DNA of 64,000 nucleotides from Vampirovibrio chlorellavorus (GTDB lineage: Bacteria; Cyanobacteriota; Vampirovibrionia; Vampirovibrionales; Vampirovibrionaceae), in contig QFWI01000019.1 in assembly GCA_003149345.1 (NCBI GenBank), forward strand, positions 61,397 to 125,396, given 5' to 3'. A program made the translations under genes and the position numbers. Every line of letters starts with the position of its first letter. Position 1 is the stretch's first letter. Below are positions 55,252 through 63,351 of the stretch, in pieces. The notes under the pieces are model-generated. The model was given only the letters and a program-made list of their open reading frames with translations. It made no database searches and was not told the origin of the DNA.

Positions 55252-56169
55252 TTACGAAGCGTGTGTCTGGTAACTTTGCTCAATCACTTTTTCAATAATA
55301 GTCGGGGTTTCCCGGAGGAGTGAGCCTCTGTCACTGTAGCATCCTCGGGTATAGTATAGCAGAAATTCGATATTTCCTTTTGGCCCAGTGATAGGAGAAA
55401 AATCAAATCCGGCCAAAGTCCACTGGGGCAGTAAATTCTCCAGATCCTGAAGCACCCCGCTCACAATGGCTCGGTGGGTTTCCAGGCCTTTCACCACCCC
55501 TTTGAATGTGGAGTCCTGAATGTAATCCTTATGCTCAAACTGGGGCTTCAGCAGGGCCACTATTTCCGCATCCGGGCTCAGCAATTCGCTCAGGGGGGGT
55601 AGCACTTTTTTGAGAGAGATAAATGAGGTGTCCACCACGCCTAGTGAGGGCTGGCCCTCCAGTTGTTCCGCTTTCAGCTCCCGAATGTTGGTTTTTTCCA
55701 GCACCTGAACCCGCTGATCGCTTCTTAGTTTCCAGTCCAGTTGCCCGTAGCCCACATCCACGGCAATCACTTGACTGGCCCCGTGCTGTAGTAGGCAATC
55801 GGTAAATCCGCCGGTCGAAGCACCCACATCCATGCACACCCGATCCTGTACCTGAATCTCAAACAGGGGCAGGGCCTTGGCCAGTTTCAGTCCCCCACGG
55901 CTGACAAATGGTTGCAGCCCGCTTACCTCAATATCGGTTTCCTCCACGGAAATCAGGGTGCCTGGCTTTTTCAGGGCCTCTCCCCGCACTTTGACCTTGC
56001 CGTCCATAATGAGGGCTTGAGCCTGGGCACGGGTACTGCACAGGCCCCGATCCACCACGAGTTTATCCAGTCTTTCTTTTTGAGTGGCCAAGGTTTGGAT
56101 CTCTTTTGCATCTCTTATTGTAGACTTTTCTATACTACAAGGAATGGGCATCCCGAGAAAGCAAAGCAA
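55252..56169 (-). CDS. tlyA: TlyA-family rRNA 2'-O-methyltransferase (S4 + FtsJ domains)
   Basis: 305 aa ORF: RLDKLVVDRGLCSTRAQAQALIMDGKVKV (S4-like) and CMDVGASTGGFTDCLLQHGA..V.AVDVGYGQL (SAM site). The real start is probably downstream of 56169 (for example TTG just before ATQKERLDKL), because pth starts 9 nt away on the other strand. Confidence 0.85.
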   Translation of the reverse strand: MLCFLGMPIPCSIEKSTIRDAKEIQTLATQKERLDKLVVDRGLCSTRAQAQALIMDGKVKVRGEALKKPGTLISVEETDIEVSGLQPFVSRGGLKLAKALPLFEIQVQDRVCMDVGASTGGFTDCLLQHGASQVIAVDVGYGQLDWKLRSDQRVQVLEKTNIRELKAEQLEGQPSLGVVDTSFISLKKVLPPLSELLSPDAEIVALLKPQFEHKDYIQDSTFKGVVKGLETHRAIVSGVLQDLENLLPQWTLAGFDFSPITGPKGNIEFLLYYTRGCYSDRGSLLRETPTIIEKVIEQSYQTHAS

Positions 56170-56177
56170 ACTGGCTT

Positions 56178-56768
56178 ATGAGCGATAAATTTCTCATTGT
56201 GGGGTTGGGTAACCCCGGCAAACAGTACGAAGCCACCCGTCATAATATTGGCTTTATGGTTTTAGAGGCGTTAGGTCGCCGGGCGGGCATCGTCGGCAAG
56301 TCGGAGAGTCGCTTTAAGGCCATGGTGGGTTTGGGTCGTTTGGGCCGTTATTCGGTCATTCTGGCCCAACCGCTGACCTACATGAACTTATCGGGGGAAG
56401 CCGTCCTAAAGCTGATGAATTACTACGATGTTCCGTCAGAGCGCTTGTTGGTGGTTTATGACGAGGCCGCCCTGCCCTTCGGCAAAATCCGGGTGCGCCC
56501 CGGTGGCAGCGATGCGGGTCAGAAAGGGGTGCGCTCGATAATCCAGCAGTTGGGCGGCAATCAGCAGTTTGCTCGCTTGCGGGTGGGCATTGGTTCTCCT
56601 CCCCCGCCGATGACCATGCCGGATTTTGTGCTGTCCAAATTCGCGCCGGAAGAACAGCAGCATTTGCCGGAGATTATTGAGGCGGCCCTGGATGCTGTGG
56701 AGTCCTGGATGAGCGCAGGCGTGGAAGAGACTATGACCCGTTATAACGGGCGTTTGTTAATACCCTAA
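56178..56768 (+). CDS. pth: Peptidyl-tRNA hydrolase
   Basis: 196 aa: LIVGLGNPG..Y..TRHNIGF...KP.TYMNLSG.AV...V.YDE..LPFGKIR.R..GS..G..G..S. Confidence 0.95.
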   Translation: MSDKFLIVGLGNPGKQYEATRHNIGFMVLEALGRRAGIVGKSESRFKAMVGLGRLGRYSVILAQPLTYMNLSGEAVLKLMNYYDVPSERLLVVYDEAALPFGKIRVRPGGSDAGQKGVRSIIQQLGGNQQFARLRVGIGSPPPPMTMPDFVLSKFAPEEQQHLPEIIEAALDAVESWMSAGVEETMTRYNGRLLIP

Positions 56769-56774
56769 GAGTCA

Positions 56775-57743
56775 CTAATGGCCACCTGCCCAGTGCTTCA
56801 GCATTTTAGCCAGTGGGCGATAGCTATGATCCAGCACAAAGTTTACCCCCTTGTCGATGGGATGCACGATGAAGGGAATAATAGCCATACTGCCGATTAA
56901 CGGTAAGGCGATACACAGGTTTTTTTCGGCTTTGGGGCCCCATTTTTGAACCATTTCGGCAACCTTTTGGGAGGGCTTGATTTTTTGCAGCAGGGTTTGG
57001 TCAATGCCCTTTTTCAGCTTGCCCAGTAGGCGTTGATCGAAACGATACCAGCCTTTGGCTTCAATCTCGTGACGGATTTCATGCTCCAGTATCTCTTTGA
57101 CCGCTTTTTGCTTGCCGAGTAGACGGTTTAGGCCCAGTTTCAGGCTGTCTCGGGTCGCTGCTACCAGAAAGGCCGGGATGGAATAGCTGGCCCCGTATTG
57201 GAACAGGGCCGCGTCCAGACCGGAGGTGGTGGCGCTGAGAACTTGAAGGCCTTGGCTTTCCCCGGCCTTTTGGGATTTGCGGTATCCTTTGGCGGCTTTA
57301 TCAAAGGCATCCAAGGCCACGTAACCGCCCACTGCCGTGTAAGAGTGCTTGACAATGCCATCGGCTTGATTCGCGAAAAAGGAAGAGGCTTTGAGCCAGT
57401 CCTTGAGGGATTCTCCCAACTCGTTCAAGTAGCCCATGTAGCGCAGGGGCGTGTCCCGGAAGATGTCTTTGGACTGTACCGTTGAAGGCTGGTGCTGATG
57501 GGAGCCTTGATGAGGTTGATGATGGCTTGATCTGCCTGCCGGCATAATACTTTGGGCAGTCGGTATCGGGTTTTGGACAGGAGGCGGTACGTGGAATGCC
57601 TTGGTGGTTGTTGGGCTGCTCCAAATCGGGGAAGGCGTTTGCAAAGCGCTTGGCCGAATAGACCCATAAACGCTTGGCGGGTATGGCTGCGGGGAGGCCC
57701 AGGCAGGGATTGTCGGTAAGGTATTCGCTAGAGTCGGTTGCAA
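56775..57743 (-). CDS. Hypothetical membrane protein with MTFP1/MTP18-like domain and Pro/His/Gln-rich N-terminal extension
   Basis: 322-aa ORF (TTG start at 57743; first ATG at 57545). From residue 95 or so it reads FRDTPLRYMGYLNELGESLK...SYTAVGGYVALDAFDKAAKGY...IPAFLV...IIPFIVHPIDKGVNFVLDHSYRPL. This parallels my recollection of eukaryotic MTFP1 motifs. The start codon is uncertain. Confidence 0.55.
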   Translation of the reverse strand: MQPTLANTLPTIPAWASPQPYPPSVYGSIRPSALQTPSPIWSSPTTTKAFHVPPPVQNPIPTAQSIMPAGRSSHHQPHQGSHQHQPSTVQSKDIFRDTPLRYMGYLNELGESLKDWLKASSFFANQADGIVKHSYTAVGGYVALDAFDKAAKGYRKSQKAGESQGLQVLSATTSGLDAALFQYGASYSIPAFLVAATRDSLKLGLNRLLGKQKAVKEILEHEIRHEIEAKGWYRFDQRLLGKLKKGIDQTLLQKIKPSQKVAEMVQKWGPKAEKNLCIALPLIGSMAIIPFIVHPIDKGVNFVLDHSYRPLAKMLKHWAGGH

Positions 57744-57840
57744 GGTCTTCAGGTCTCTTTACGGATACTACAGGCTTTAGATTCTAAATGAGCGTGAAGC
57801 CAGTTTTGTGATAGGTTGTAAAGTCTGTTTAAGCGCGGGG

Positions 57841-58704
57841 TCAAGCAATGCTTTTCTGGCTTAAAATGCGGGCGCTGCCCAAGGTTTGTGCCAATTGGGT
57901 CAGGAAGCGTCTTACCTGGGGAATGGCGGCGTTGTTATTGATGACCAGGTCGGCCACCTCACGGGCGGGCAGAATATGTCGCTCCAGGCATTGCACGGTG
58001 GTATTCCACATATTGTCGGTGATGCCCCGGTTTTCCTGAATGTTGCGGGAAAGCCAGCGCTGACGGCGGGTCTTTTCATCCACGTCCACGTAAATTTTAA
58101 ACTGGTACAAGGGTAAAATGGCTGGTTCGTAAAAGGCGTGAATACCTTCGGTGACCATAAACGGGGTCACTGGCAGATGAATGGCTTCTTCAATAATGGC
58201 AGGCTTTTGATCCGGGGTGCCAAAGCGCAGTTTGGGAATAGAAATACTGCTGCCAAGGGGCTGGGCCTGAAAGCGTTGTAAATCACGCCCCAAATGGCGA
58301 AAGCGAATGTGATCCGGGTCATCGAAGTCGATATGATCGTAAAACAGGCTCAGGGGCAGGTGCGGAAAATCCGCCTCAAAGTCCCGATAGTAGTTATCCT
58401 GGGTAAAGGAGGCCACCTCGGTGAACTGGCTCAACTCCCGAACCAGCGTTTCCCGGATAAAAGATTTGCCGGAGCCGGAAGGGCCTGTCAGGGCCAAGAT
58501 GAAAGGCTGAGGGACAAAGGCGATATGATGAGCCCACCGGGATAAATCATCCCAGAAAAATAGCGAAACCGATTGCGCAACCGGTATTTCGCTTCGGCTG
58601 TCCTCGGTCAGGAGCGCTTTTACCTGAGAAATGACCTGATCAGTCACTCTGGCTGATTGGGGGGGAGCCTCCGAACCAGTGGAGGGTTGATTTTTATGTG
58701 TCAT
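57841..58704 (-). CDS. udk: Uridine kinase / phosphoribulokinase-family P-loop kinase with N-terminal extension
   Basis: 287 aa with Walker A LTGPSGSGKSF, then SFTQDNYYRD...DFDDPDHIRF...PKLRF......MVTEGIHAFY...KIYVDVDEKTRRQRWLSRNIQENRG, the Udk-family order of motifs. Confidence 0.7.
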   Translation of the reverse strand: MTHKNQPSTGSEAPPQSARVTDQVISQVKALLTEDSRSEIPVAQSVSLFFWDDLSRWAHHIAFVPQPFILALTGPSGSGKSFIRETLVRELSQFTEVASFTQDNYYRDFEADFPHLPLSLFYDHIDFDDPDHIRFRHLGRDLQRFQAQPLGSSISIPKLRFGTPDQKPAIIEEAIHLPVTPFMVTEGIHAFYEPAILPLYQFKIYVDVDEKTRRQRWLSRNIQENRGITDNMWNTTVQCLERHILPAREVADLVINNNAAIPQVRRFLTQLAQTLGSARILSQKSIA

Positions 58705-58933
58705 CGGGTGTCTGTTTACGTACGGAAGTTCTATTATTCTAGCGGAGAGCCTGCCGAGACCATAGAAAATTTTGTAACGCTCCGTGAAACCAGAGGCTTT
58801 GGGCTTCCGCGGCGCATGGCCGATCTCCGATTTGGAAAACCGAACATTTATCGGTTTACATCCAAAGTTGGCTCAGTCAACATGAAGGTTCTATGAAAGC
58901 CGAACCGGTTTTGTTGTATTCGGGGTTTCAAGC

Positions 58934-60046
58934 GTGATGAGTCAGCAATCGGACAATCTGGACGCCAGTTTCGCGCTATTGACGGAAGCGGTAGTGGGGT
59001 TGGAGGACAACGCCCGATCTTCAGAGGGTCAGCCCCTGTCGGCCCGCCGAGCGCTGAATGGAACGGCCTATCGTATTTATCGGCTCCTGCAATGGCTCAT
59101 TCAATCGCCTCTGACGGTGGATCAGCTGAACCGAAAGTTTGAGCAGGACCCGGGCATTGGCAAATCCGTTTCCAATGATTCTATCTGGCTGTATATCAAT
59201 ACCCTCAAGGCGTTGGGATGTGTCATTCGTCGGCCCACTCCACGCAACGGCTTTGCCTATCAAATGGTCAGTCATCCCTTTGGAATGTCCCTGGAGCAAA
59301 ATGGTCTTGAGGTTCTGGCGCAGGCCAAGGTGGTGGCTCAACGGCACTTCTCGCCCCAGGAAATGTTGGCCCTTGATAGCCTGCTGAAGAAGATGATCGT
59401 CCAGAGCCTCTTGAAAGGGTCTGAGGATGGTAGTGAGTGGACGACCCAGTTGTTTGTCCAAAGCCGCAGTCTGGATTCTCAGGAATGTCGAACCCGCATT
59501 GAGCAACTGGAGAGGGCCATTCTGGAAGAGAGTTTGCTGGAAGTGACTTATGCTTCCCCTCTGAAGGGCGAAAGCGTGTTTACCTTTTTGCCAGAGAGCC
59601 TGTTTTATCGGCAGGGGGTGGTGTACGTGCGTGGCGAACGCCTGGACTATCCGGGCCCTAGCAGTTTGCGAGTCGATCGTTTATTGGGTGTGCAAACGGT
59701 GCAGGACGATGATCTGCGCGCTCAACTGATTGACCGTCAGCAGATCAAGATGGAGATTGTGCTGAAAGTTTTTGTGAAGTCACCGCAGGGCTTCCAGGGG
59801 TTCGCCCTGGATCCCAATCAGGGGGTCTATCAGGAAAGCCGCCTGTGGGTGGATGGGGTGGAACCCCATTACGAGGTTCGTTTGCAGGTGCGGGACTTCT
59901 TTTATGTCAAGCAAACCCTGTTGTCTTTGGGCTTGCCCTTTGCCATTGAGAGCCCGGAGGTATTCAGGCAGGACGTGAGGGAAACCCTGCGCACCATGCT
60001 GGAATTTTACAAGGTGAAAGGAAGTGCAGCGGATGGCCATGGCTAG
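58934..60046 (+). CDS. HTH-WYL-WCX transcriptional regulator, paralogue 1 (PafB/PafC-like architecture)
   Basis: 370 aa (GTG 58934 / ATG 58937). The N-terminal winged-HTH-like segment reads YRIYRLLQWLIQSPLTVDQLNRKF...IWLYINTLKALGCVIRR. The central WYL-like segment reads LEVTYASPLKGESVFTFLPESLFYRQGVVYVRGERLD...LRVDRLLGV. The C-terminal domain ends ...LGLPFAIESPEVFRQDVRETLRTMLEFY. Confidence 0.7.
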   Translation: MMSQQSDNLDASFALLTEAVVGLEDNARSSEGQPLSARRALNGTAYRIYRLLQWLIQSPLTVDQLNRKFEQDPGIGKSVSNDSIWLYINTLKALGCVIRRPTPRNGFAYQMVSHPFGMSLEQNGLEVLAQAKVVAQRHFSPQEMLALDSLLKKMIVQSLLKGSEDGSEWTTQLFVQSRSLDSQECRTRIEQLERAILEESLLEVTYASPLKGESVFTFLPESLFYRQGVVYVRGERLDYPGPSSLRVDRLLGVQTVQDDDLRAQLIDRQQIKMEIVLKVFVKSPQGFQGFALDPNQGVYQESRLWVDGVEPHYEVRLQVRDFFYVKQTLLSLGLPFAIESPEVFRQDVRETLRTMLEFYKVKGSAADGHG

Positions 60047-61013
60047 TGTCCCCTCAGAGGTGTTTCAGAATATTAATATCTCAGCGTACCGGGTGCTGTT
60101 CATTCTGTTGATGTTGGTGCGGTATCGTAGCCTGAATATGGTGGAGTTGAACCGTCTCCTCTACGAAAACCCCATGATTGGCCGGGGCTACAATTCGGAA
60201 ACGCTCACCAAGTACATCAACACGTTGCGAGAAGTGGGCTGTCGTATTCCCCGCTCTACCAACCGCAACGATTACAGCTATGAGTTGCTACGAAATCCTT
60301 TTCCGCTGTCTGTAGAGGCCAAGGAGCTTTCTGTGGCCCGCAAGCTGCTGGATATCCTGGCCAGTCAGCCAGATGAGGTTCTGTATCAGGACTATCGTCG
60401 CCTGATGGAAGATTTGGCCTGGGCGGTGGGTTGTAATGCATCCCTTGAGATGGAGGAGGAGGCGGGCTTGGTTCCGGTCACCCCTTTGCGAGATTTAGGG
60501 TTATGGCGGCAGCGTTTTAATGAATTCAAGCGCTATTGCCAGGAGGCTTTTGCCCTGGATCTCCAGTATGCCGATCCCGAACACGGGGTTCAGGACTTTT
60601 CGATTGAGCCTTATGACATTCTGGAGCGAGGAACCCGGCTTTTGTTGTTGGGCCTGGATCGGAGTAGCCAGGAGCAACGCTTGCTGGATCTGGATCGGAT
60701 TGCCTCGGTGCGCCAGTCGCCTTCTAAAAATCGCAGATCCCCAGTCCAGGTCACGGTGGTATTCGCCCTGTATGGGCGCTTGGCCAAAAGTTATCGCTTA
60801 TACCCGGACGAGCGTCTGGTTTACGCTTCGCAAACGGAAATTCACGTTAAAACCCGGCTTGCGGAGACCAGCGGCTTGATGCTGCGTCTGTTGAAGTATG
60901 GCGCATCCTGCCAGATACTTTCCCCTGATGGGCTGCGAGACGCCATGCGTCAGCACATTGAAGGTTTGCTATCGGCGATGGAAGGCCAGCCTCCCGCCGG
61001 GATTACAATTTAG
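60033..61013 (+). CDS. HTH-WYL-WCX transcriptional regulator, paralogue 2
   Basis: ORF 60024..61013 (GTG 60024; ATGs at 60033 and 60039, GGAAG upstream). It has the same architecture as paralogue 1: AYRVLFILLMLVRYRSLNMVELNRLL...LTKYINTLREVGCRIPR; LDLQYADPEHGVQDFSIEPYDILERGTRLLLLGLD...LDLDRIASV; ...YGASCQILSPDGLRDAMRQHIEGLL. It overlaps the stop of paralogue 1 (60044-60046). Confidence 0.7.
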   Translation: MAMASVPSEVFQNINISAYRVLFILLMLVRYRSLNMVELNRLLYENPMIGRGYNSETLTKYINTLREVGCRIPRSTNRNDYSYELLRNPFPLSVEAKELSVARKLLDILASQPDEVLYQDYRRLMEDLAWAVGCNASLEMEEEAGLVPVTPLRDLGLWRQRFNEFKRYCQEAFALDLQYADPEHGVQDFSIEPYDILERGTRLLLLGLDRSSQEQRLLDLDRIASVRQSPSKNRRSPVQVTVVFALYGRLAKSYRLYPDERLVYASQTEIHVKTRLAETSGLMLRLLKYGASCQILSPDGLRDAMRQHIEGLLSAMEGQPPAGITI

Positions 61014-61025
61014 GCCAGTATCCCC

Positions 61026-61161
61026 TCACAACACGTTTCTAAAACGGCGTGTCGCTCGGACAGTCGTATCCGATTCAGGCGCTGCGGACAAGGCAGCGCT
61101 TCTCAGATTTTTAACTCGCTGCACTCAGGCAGTTACAAACGTGTTTTGAAGAACGACTTAC
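61026..61161. repeat. Copy 2 of the conserved intergenic element (core 61040-61161)
   Basis: The 5' block aaaacggcgtgtcgctcggaca and the 3' block tttaactcgctgcactcaggcagttacaaacgtgttttgaagaacgacttacc match copy 1. The central hairpin is gcgctgc-ggacaag-gcagcgc (61078-61098). The closing stem cacaacacgtttctaa (61026-61041) / ttacaaacgtgttttg (61132-61147) pairs at 14/16 positions. Confidence 0.8.
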
Positions 61162-61165
61162 CGAA

Positions 61166-61447
61166 CTAATACAGGATAAACAGGCGACTCCCCCCAAAAA
61201 CCGGTTGATCATCCCGGTAACCCAAAAACATGGCGTCTTTCAACGGTTTGTTGACTCCGTATTGCTCCCGAAATTCTGGGCTATCGGTATTCATGGCGGT
61301 CATAAACGGATTGCTTCTTTTGGTGCTGGCCCCTGCACTGCCGGTGACGGCGGGTGCCGCCATAGAGGGCAGGGTGGCTTTGACCGCTTTGGTAAAGGGA
61401 TTGCGGGGGGTGGTAGGCACATTCGGTTGAAATGGGAGCTGGCTCAT
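61166..61447 (-). CDS. Small hypothetical protein (93 aa), Pro/Ala-rich with two NPF tripeptides
   Basis: ORF with an ATG start, divergent from prfB. I recognise no family. The coding status rests only on ORF length and local codon look. Confidence 0.4.
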   Translation of the reverse strand: MSQLPFQPNVPTTPRNPFTKAVKATLPSMAAPAVTGSAGASTKRSNPFMTAMNTDSPEFREQYGVNKPLKDAMFLGYRDDQPVFGGSRLFILY

Positions 61448-61666
61448 ACGGGATGGCTTCCTCCGGTTGGGTGGTGGATTGATCGCAATCGATGCTCATT
61501 TCAAAGCTTATTCTAATTGGCGGTTCTGTCAAAAGCGTCCGGCAGGTGCAGTATTTTTAATTTTTGTCGTCGCCCCTCGTTCTGGTTTCATGCCCAGAAT
61601 CGACTTGTGGGTGACCTACCGGCTTCAGTACAATGAAAGTCGTACACCAACCCAAAAGGAAACACC

Positions 61667-62801
61667 GTGGATTTCTCCGATATTAAACGCCGACTGGATG
61701 CCCTGGCCCCTCGTCTTGATGCGGCAAGGGGGTTTCTTTGACACCCCGGCCATTCGGGAGCAAATTGCCAATTTAGAAAATAAAAGCACGCTGCCGGGCT
61801 TTTGGGATGATGCGGATGCCGCTCAATCGGCCATGCAGGAACTCAATGAACTGAAGGATAGTATCGCCCGCATGCAGCGCTGGGATCAGGCCTTGAGTGA
61901 TCAGCAGATTCTACTGTCTATGGGGCAGGAGGAAGGGGATGACTCGGTGATTGCCGAGTTGGATAGTGAATTATCAGCATTGGAAGCCGAAGTGGATGCC
62001 TGGGAGCTGCAAAGTCTGTTGAGTGACGAGTATGACAAGTGCGATGTGATTATTACCATCAGCGCCGGGGCGGGTGGCACCGATGCCCAGGATTGGGCCC
62101 AGATGCTGATGCGTATGTACCTTCGCTGGGCGGAGCAGCAGGGCTTTAAGCGGGACGTTCTGGACGTGAACGAAGGGGAGGAGGCTGGCATCAAGAGCGC
62201 TTCCATTCGTCTGAGCGGGAAGTACGCCTATGGTTATGCCAAAACAGAGCGGGGCGTCCATCGTCTGGTTCGTATTTCTCCGTTTAACGCTTCTGGGAAG
62301 CGGCAAACCAGCTTTGCCTCTCTGGAGGTGAGTCCGGTGGTGACCGGGGTGACCGCCGCGGATATCGAGATTCGTCCTGAGGACATTGAGCTGGATACCA
62401 GTCGCAGTGGTGGCGCTGGTGGGCAGAATGTCAACAAAGTGGAAACGGCGGTGCGTATTGTACATAAACCGACGGGGATTGTCGTGCGCAGTCAGCAGGA
62501 GCGTAGTCAGTTGCAGAACCGGGAAATCGCTATGGATATGCTGCGATCCAAGCTATTAGCCCGTAAAATCGCCGAACATGAAGCCAAGCTGGCAGCCAGC
62601 CGGGGTGAGGTCATGGATGTGAACTTTGGCAGTCAGATTCGTTCCTATGTGTTTCACCCCTACAGCATGGTCAAGGATCATCGCACCAATGAGGAAACCG
62701 CCGATGTGGACAGGGTCATGGATGGCGACTTAACCCGCTTTATTGAGGCCATGCTGCGGTTGCGGCAATCTCAGGTTCTAGCCGCTGAAGCGGCCAGTTA
62801 G
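61667..62801 (+). CDS. prfB: Peptide chain release factor 2, expressed through a programmed +1 ribosomal frameshift
   Basis: Frame 0 starts at GTG 61667 (AAGGA 8 nt upstream) and reads [24 protein letters not shown], then the in-frame TGA at 61739-61741. Shifting +1 at CTT TGA C continues with [13 protein letters not shown]... in the frame of track ORF 61467..62801. That frame contains the SPF-type region ([10 protein letters not shown]) and GGQ ([16 protein letters not shown]). Confidence 0.95.
61727..61742 (+). promoter_or_regulatory. RF2 autoregulatory +1 frameshift site (internal SD-like AGGGGG, slippery CTT, stop TGA, C)
   Basis: The sequence AGG GGG TTT CTT TGA C compares with the E. 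coli prfB site AGG GGG TAT CTT TGA C. Confidence 0.9.
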
Positions 62802-62877
62802 GAAGAAACGCCGAGGCCACCCGTGAGCCGAATTCGGTTACTATAAAAACAGGCATTACCCATCAAGGAGTTCCGCT

Positions 62878-63351
62878 GTGGCACAAGCGCCGAATCGAAC
62901 CATTGCTGTTATTAACGGCCCCAACCTCAATTTATTGGGCGAGCGGGAGCCGCATATTTACGGGGCACAGACCCTGGCGGAGATTAACGCGTCCCTGACC
63001 GCACTGGCAGACGACGCCGGGTTTGACCTGATCTGTTATCAGTCCAACCACGAGGGTGATTTGATCGATCAGGTGCAGGCAATGCGGCTGACCACGGGGG
63101 GGCTGATTATCAATCCTGGTGGTTATGCCCATACCAGCGTTGCGCTGCGGGATGCGTTGGCCGCTTATACCCATCCCATTGTGGAAGTGCATATTTCAAA
63201 CATACACCGCCGCGAGGCGTTTCGCCATCAGTCTTATCTGAGTGCGGTGGTGACCGGCGTGATTTGTGGATTGGGGGCTGACGGCTACCGTCTGGCTTTG
63301 CAAGCACTGATGGAAAGGCTCCAGCCCGCCGCTTTGGACAGCGCTATTTGA
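62878..63351 (+). CDS. aroQ: Type II 3-dehydroquinate dehydratase
   Basis: 157 aa, GTG start with AAGGAG 7 nt upstream: IAVINGPNLNLLGEREP.IYG...QSNHEGDLID.....INPGGYAHTSVALRDA.......VEVHISNIH.RE.FR..S. Confidence 0.95.
   Translation: MAQAPNRTIAVINGPNLNLLGEREPHIYGAQTLAEINASLTALADDAGFDLICYQSNHEGDLIDQVQAMRLTTGGLIINPGGYAHTSVALRDALAAYTHPIVEVHISNIHRREAFRHQSYLSAVVTGVICGLGADGYRLALQALMERLQPAALDSAI

Noticed and set aside
61467-61666. N-terminal 67 codons or so of the track ORF for prfB, and the whole pre-frameshift part of that frame
   Set aside because: They are not RF2-like. They are explained by the +1 frameshift architecture, and the true start is GTG 61667 in the other frame.
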